A stretch of DNA of 60,000 bases. Source: Lama guanicoe. Lineage: Eukaryota. The notes under the pieces were generated by a model. That model did not search any database and was not told where the DNA came from. It worked only from the letters and a program-made list of their open reading frames with translations. The position numbers and the translations under genes were made by a program. Positions 57,130 to 60,000 of this stretch are shown here, in pieces. Positions within the stretch are counted from its first letter, which is position 1, and each line of letters begins with the position of its first letter. The stretch is taken from assembly GCA_013239625.1 (NCBI GenBank), contig MU054391.1, forward strand, positions 6,097,824 to 6,157,823. The letters are read 5' to 3'.

Positions 57130-60000
57130 CCCGAAGCCAGGACGTGGTTCAGATCTCGAGCTGGCGCTGTGGCTGCACACCCTTGGGTGAGTTGTTCCTT
57201 ATCCCTGAGCCGTGGGTCTTAGGCTGTGAGGCGGAGATGCTACACCTGCCATTTTAGGTCACGGTCGCCTTAGCGTGTAGAAAGTGTTCGGTGCCCAGGG
57301 AACGGTGGCCTTCAGTGGACCTGCTGAGTGGTGGGCAGGGCAGGGTGTGACTGGGGCGCAGAGTGGGTGCAGGCGCTGGGTGATGGGATGTTCCCACTGG
57401 GAAGGCACCTGGCCATGATCGGCCTCCCAGCGGAGGGTGGGCCTTTGGGAATGGGGAAGAGGCCACACTTGAGGCCACAGTCCAGGGAAGAGCCTGCAGT
57501 GACACTGGGAGATTGTGCCCTCCTCCCTTTGCTGGGCGCACGGGCTCCCAGAACGTGGGGTCCCGGAGGTCACTCAGCGTGGGCTTCCTGCTTGAGGACG
57601 TGGTGGCAGAGCTTGCCCTTCACCCAGGCTTTCCCAGGAGCCCGTGGCGACGCTCCTGAGTGGTGGCGACATCCTTCGCCCTCCGGTGCAGCTGCAGGTG
57701 TCTGGGAAGGAGGGGCCTGGGGAGGAGCCCCCAAGAGCACCTGCTAATGTTGGAAGGAAATTCTCCTGGGTTTCATGGAACCTTCCTTCCCCTCCCCTGA
57801 CTTCCTCCTTACCTAAGTGTCCCTGCTTCTCCTGTCAGGCCTTTTCCCCTTCTCTGAGGGGGACCAGGCTCAGAGTGTTGCATGCACATTTCTCCAGCAG
57901 CACACCTCCCACAGACTCGTAAACGTTTACTCTCGGTCACCACGTGCCTCCGCCTGGCCCCCGTAGCAGCCTCGGCTGGCCCCCTGCCCGGCGCTGGGTG
58001 CCCGGGCTCAGGGTCACAGGTGTGTGCTTTGGGCTTGAACGATGGGTGTTTACTGAGCTTCCCCACCGCCTGCACCAGCCGCTCCAAATGACATTTCAGG
58101 AATTGAATTACGACATTTCAGTACTTGCAGAATCCAGGAACAGACAATTTGATTATATCTGTTGGAAGTCATTGCCACAACTGGCTTCGTTTTCTTAGCC
58201 AGCATCTGTCCTGAGCAGGGAGAGACAGCAGACGAATGGCTAGGTTTTCCCTGAAGCGTGTCTCCCAAGCTGGTGGCAGCCTGCGGCCTTTTCCCTGCTG
58301 TGTCTGCCTGGCATGTGGTTGCCCCACCTGTCCTACACCAGCCACCTAGAGACGCTGCTTTGGGGTGGCGGCTGCAGCAGAGGGACGTTCCCCCAGCTCC
58401 GCGGGGCCAGGGAGAGGGGGCCGTCCCTCTGTGCCCTGAAAAGTCATGTAATGCCTGTGGCCTGATTTCTGTGCCCCACCTTGCCTCGTAGGGCTTGTTT
58501 CCTTGGGGCTCCCACGGACCCCAGCAGCCCTCATGGCTAGATGCTCCGTCCCCCACCCCTTGGGACAGTCTGTCTGGATTTTTCCAGCCTCACAGTGTCA
58601 GGAGGACCTGTGGAGGTCTCAGGGTGCCCTTCTCAGCCCTGCAGGGGCATCTGTCTGACCTCCTGCCTTCTGGCCGGGAGTCTGGGGACCGGGTGAGTGT
58701 AGACGCTTGCCCTGTGCACCTGTCTGGGTTCTGCATGGAGCTGAGCTGGGCCCTGGCCAGCCCACTCCAGAGTGTAAATAATCCAGAGGCATCTGCTGCT
58801 GCAGGGAGGTGGGAGCCATGGTTTCCCTCCCAGCGATGAGACCGGAAGCAGATGGAGGCCCCAGGGTGCCTCCTGCCCCTGTTCTGTTCAGGAAGAAGTG
58901 AGTTTTCCTAGTGCACTTCAGAGGAGAGAGTCACCCATCCAGGCCTGATGCTGGCTCCTGCCGCTCCTGCCCCTCAGCTCTGATGGGCCCTCCTCTCTCT
59001 GCCGTCGACGGGGGGACGGCGACGGGACCCTCTTGTTAGGGTGGTCTTAGGCGGAGGGTCAGGCTGCATGAGATGTGGGCCTGTGGCTGGTACTTTTTGT
59101 GTCCTTGACGTGAGGCCCCCACCCAGGACTGGGCCTGGAGCCGCCTCAGAAATGAGCATGGAGCCAACACAGGGCAGGGAGCTGGTTGATAAAACATGCT
59201 TGGTTTGTGGTCATTTTTACAAGTAGTGCCCGTGGACCTCCTGGTTGCTTTCCAGTTCAGTTCCTTTGGCCAGGGAGCCAGTTCCTGAGCTGCAGGACCG
59301 GCTTCTGCCCCCAGGGGCTCACCGGGCAGAGGGAGGTGTTCTCATGGTGGCTCTGATAGGACTCCCGTGGCAGCCGGTTAGGTGGGAGTGCTGGGACGGG
59401 ATCCCTGGAGGAGGTGGCAGGTAAGCCAGCCAACTCTGTTGGAAACTGTCACCTACTGGATTCCCTCTTCATCGAATGACGTATGTTGTGTTTGGATCCA
59501 CCAGGGCAAGCTGTGTGTGCTCTCAAAAGAAGCAAGAATCCAACCGGACCAGAATTAGTTTTGCTTTAAGAAATTCCACTTAGGATTTTGAAAAAGGGAA
59601 AGGCTCTGGCCTCCCTCAGCCACCCCCAGTGTGTCCTTGAAACCGTTTCACTCCTTGAAATGTGCTTCTGAGCATTCTGGAAAAACCAACTTTCTCCTTC
59701 TCTCTATAGCCCTTATCTCGCCGCGCAGGCGCGTACCTGGTCCACTTATCTACAAGAAACTACTGGGTTAGGCCCCAGGGGTGGTGGGGACTCAGGTATT
59801 GGGTTTGGCATCCTGCCCAGTGCAGCCCGAGCTTGTCCTTGGCAGGGCCCCAGGGGAGGTGGCTAAATCAATCTAGGAGCCCTTTTCTTCTTTCTCTGCT
59901 GAACCCCCGCCTGACCCCCAGCGCCTCCAGCTTTATTTTCTTCCAGCCTAGTTCCCAGCAGTCCTGGGTGGGGAGGGCGTGGGGGAGAGGATGGAGGCAG

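Overview
Mammalian genomic DNA, most likely camelid: four copies of a tRNA-Ala-derived SINE of the Vic-1 type plus artiodactyl-type L1 3' ends. The window holds about 5.6 kb of repeat-rich upstream DNA, a TATA-less CpG-island promoter (~5590-7420), and a GC-rich first exon on the + strand ending at a CAG|GTAGGG donor at 6364. The rest is about 53 kb of intron-like sequence containing MIR, L2, L1, MaLR/ERVL LTRs, hAT/Tigger fossils, microsatellites and one 115-nt assembly gap. I find no credible protein-coding exon: the listed ORFs are chance GC-rich frames, repeat translations or L1 ORF2 remnants. The gene is probably one with a long multi-exon non-coding 5' UTR; ST3GAL1 is an unverified guess from memory. 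I see no novel multi-gene system. The best leads are regulatory: a 17-codon uORF in exon 1, a perfect CACGTG-N5-CACGTG (ChoRE geometry) beside a TATA box and splice donor near 52 kb, an NRF1/E-box/ETS/CRE cluster with a nearby hairpin near 12.3-12.8 kb, a 7-copy ~32-bp E-box minisatellite at 30.05-30.27 kb, and two RFX X-boxes. Repeat family names come from visual recall of consensus sequences, and most repeat boundaries are approximate.
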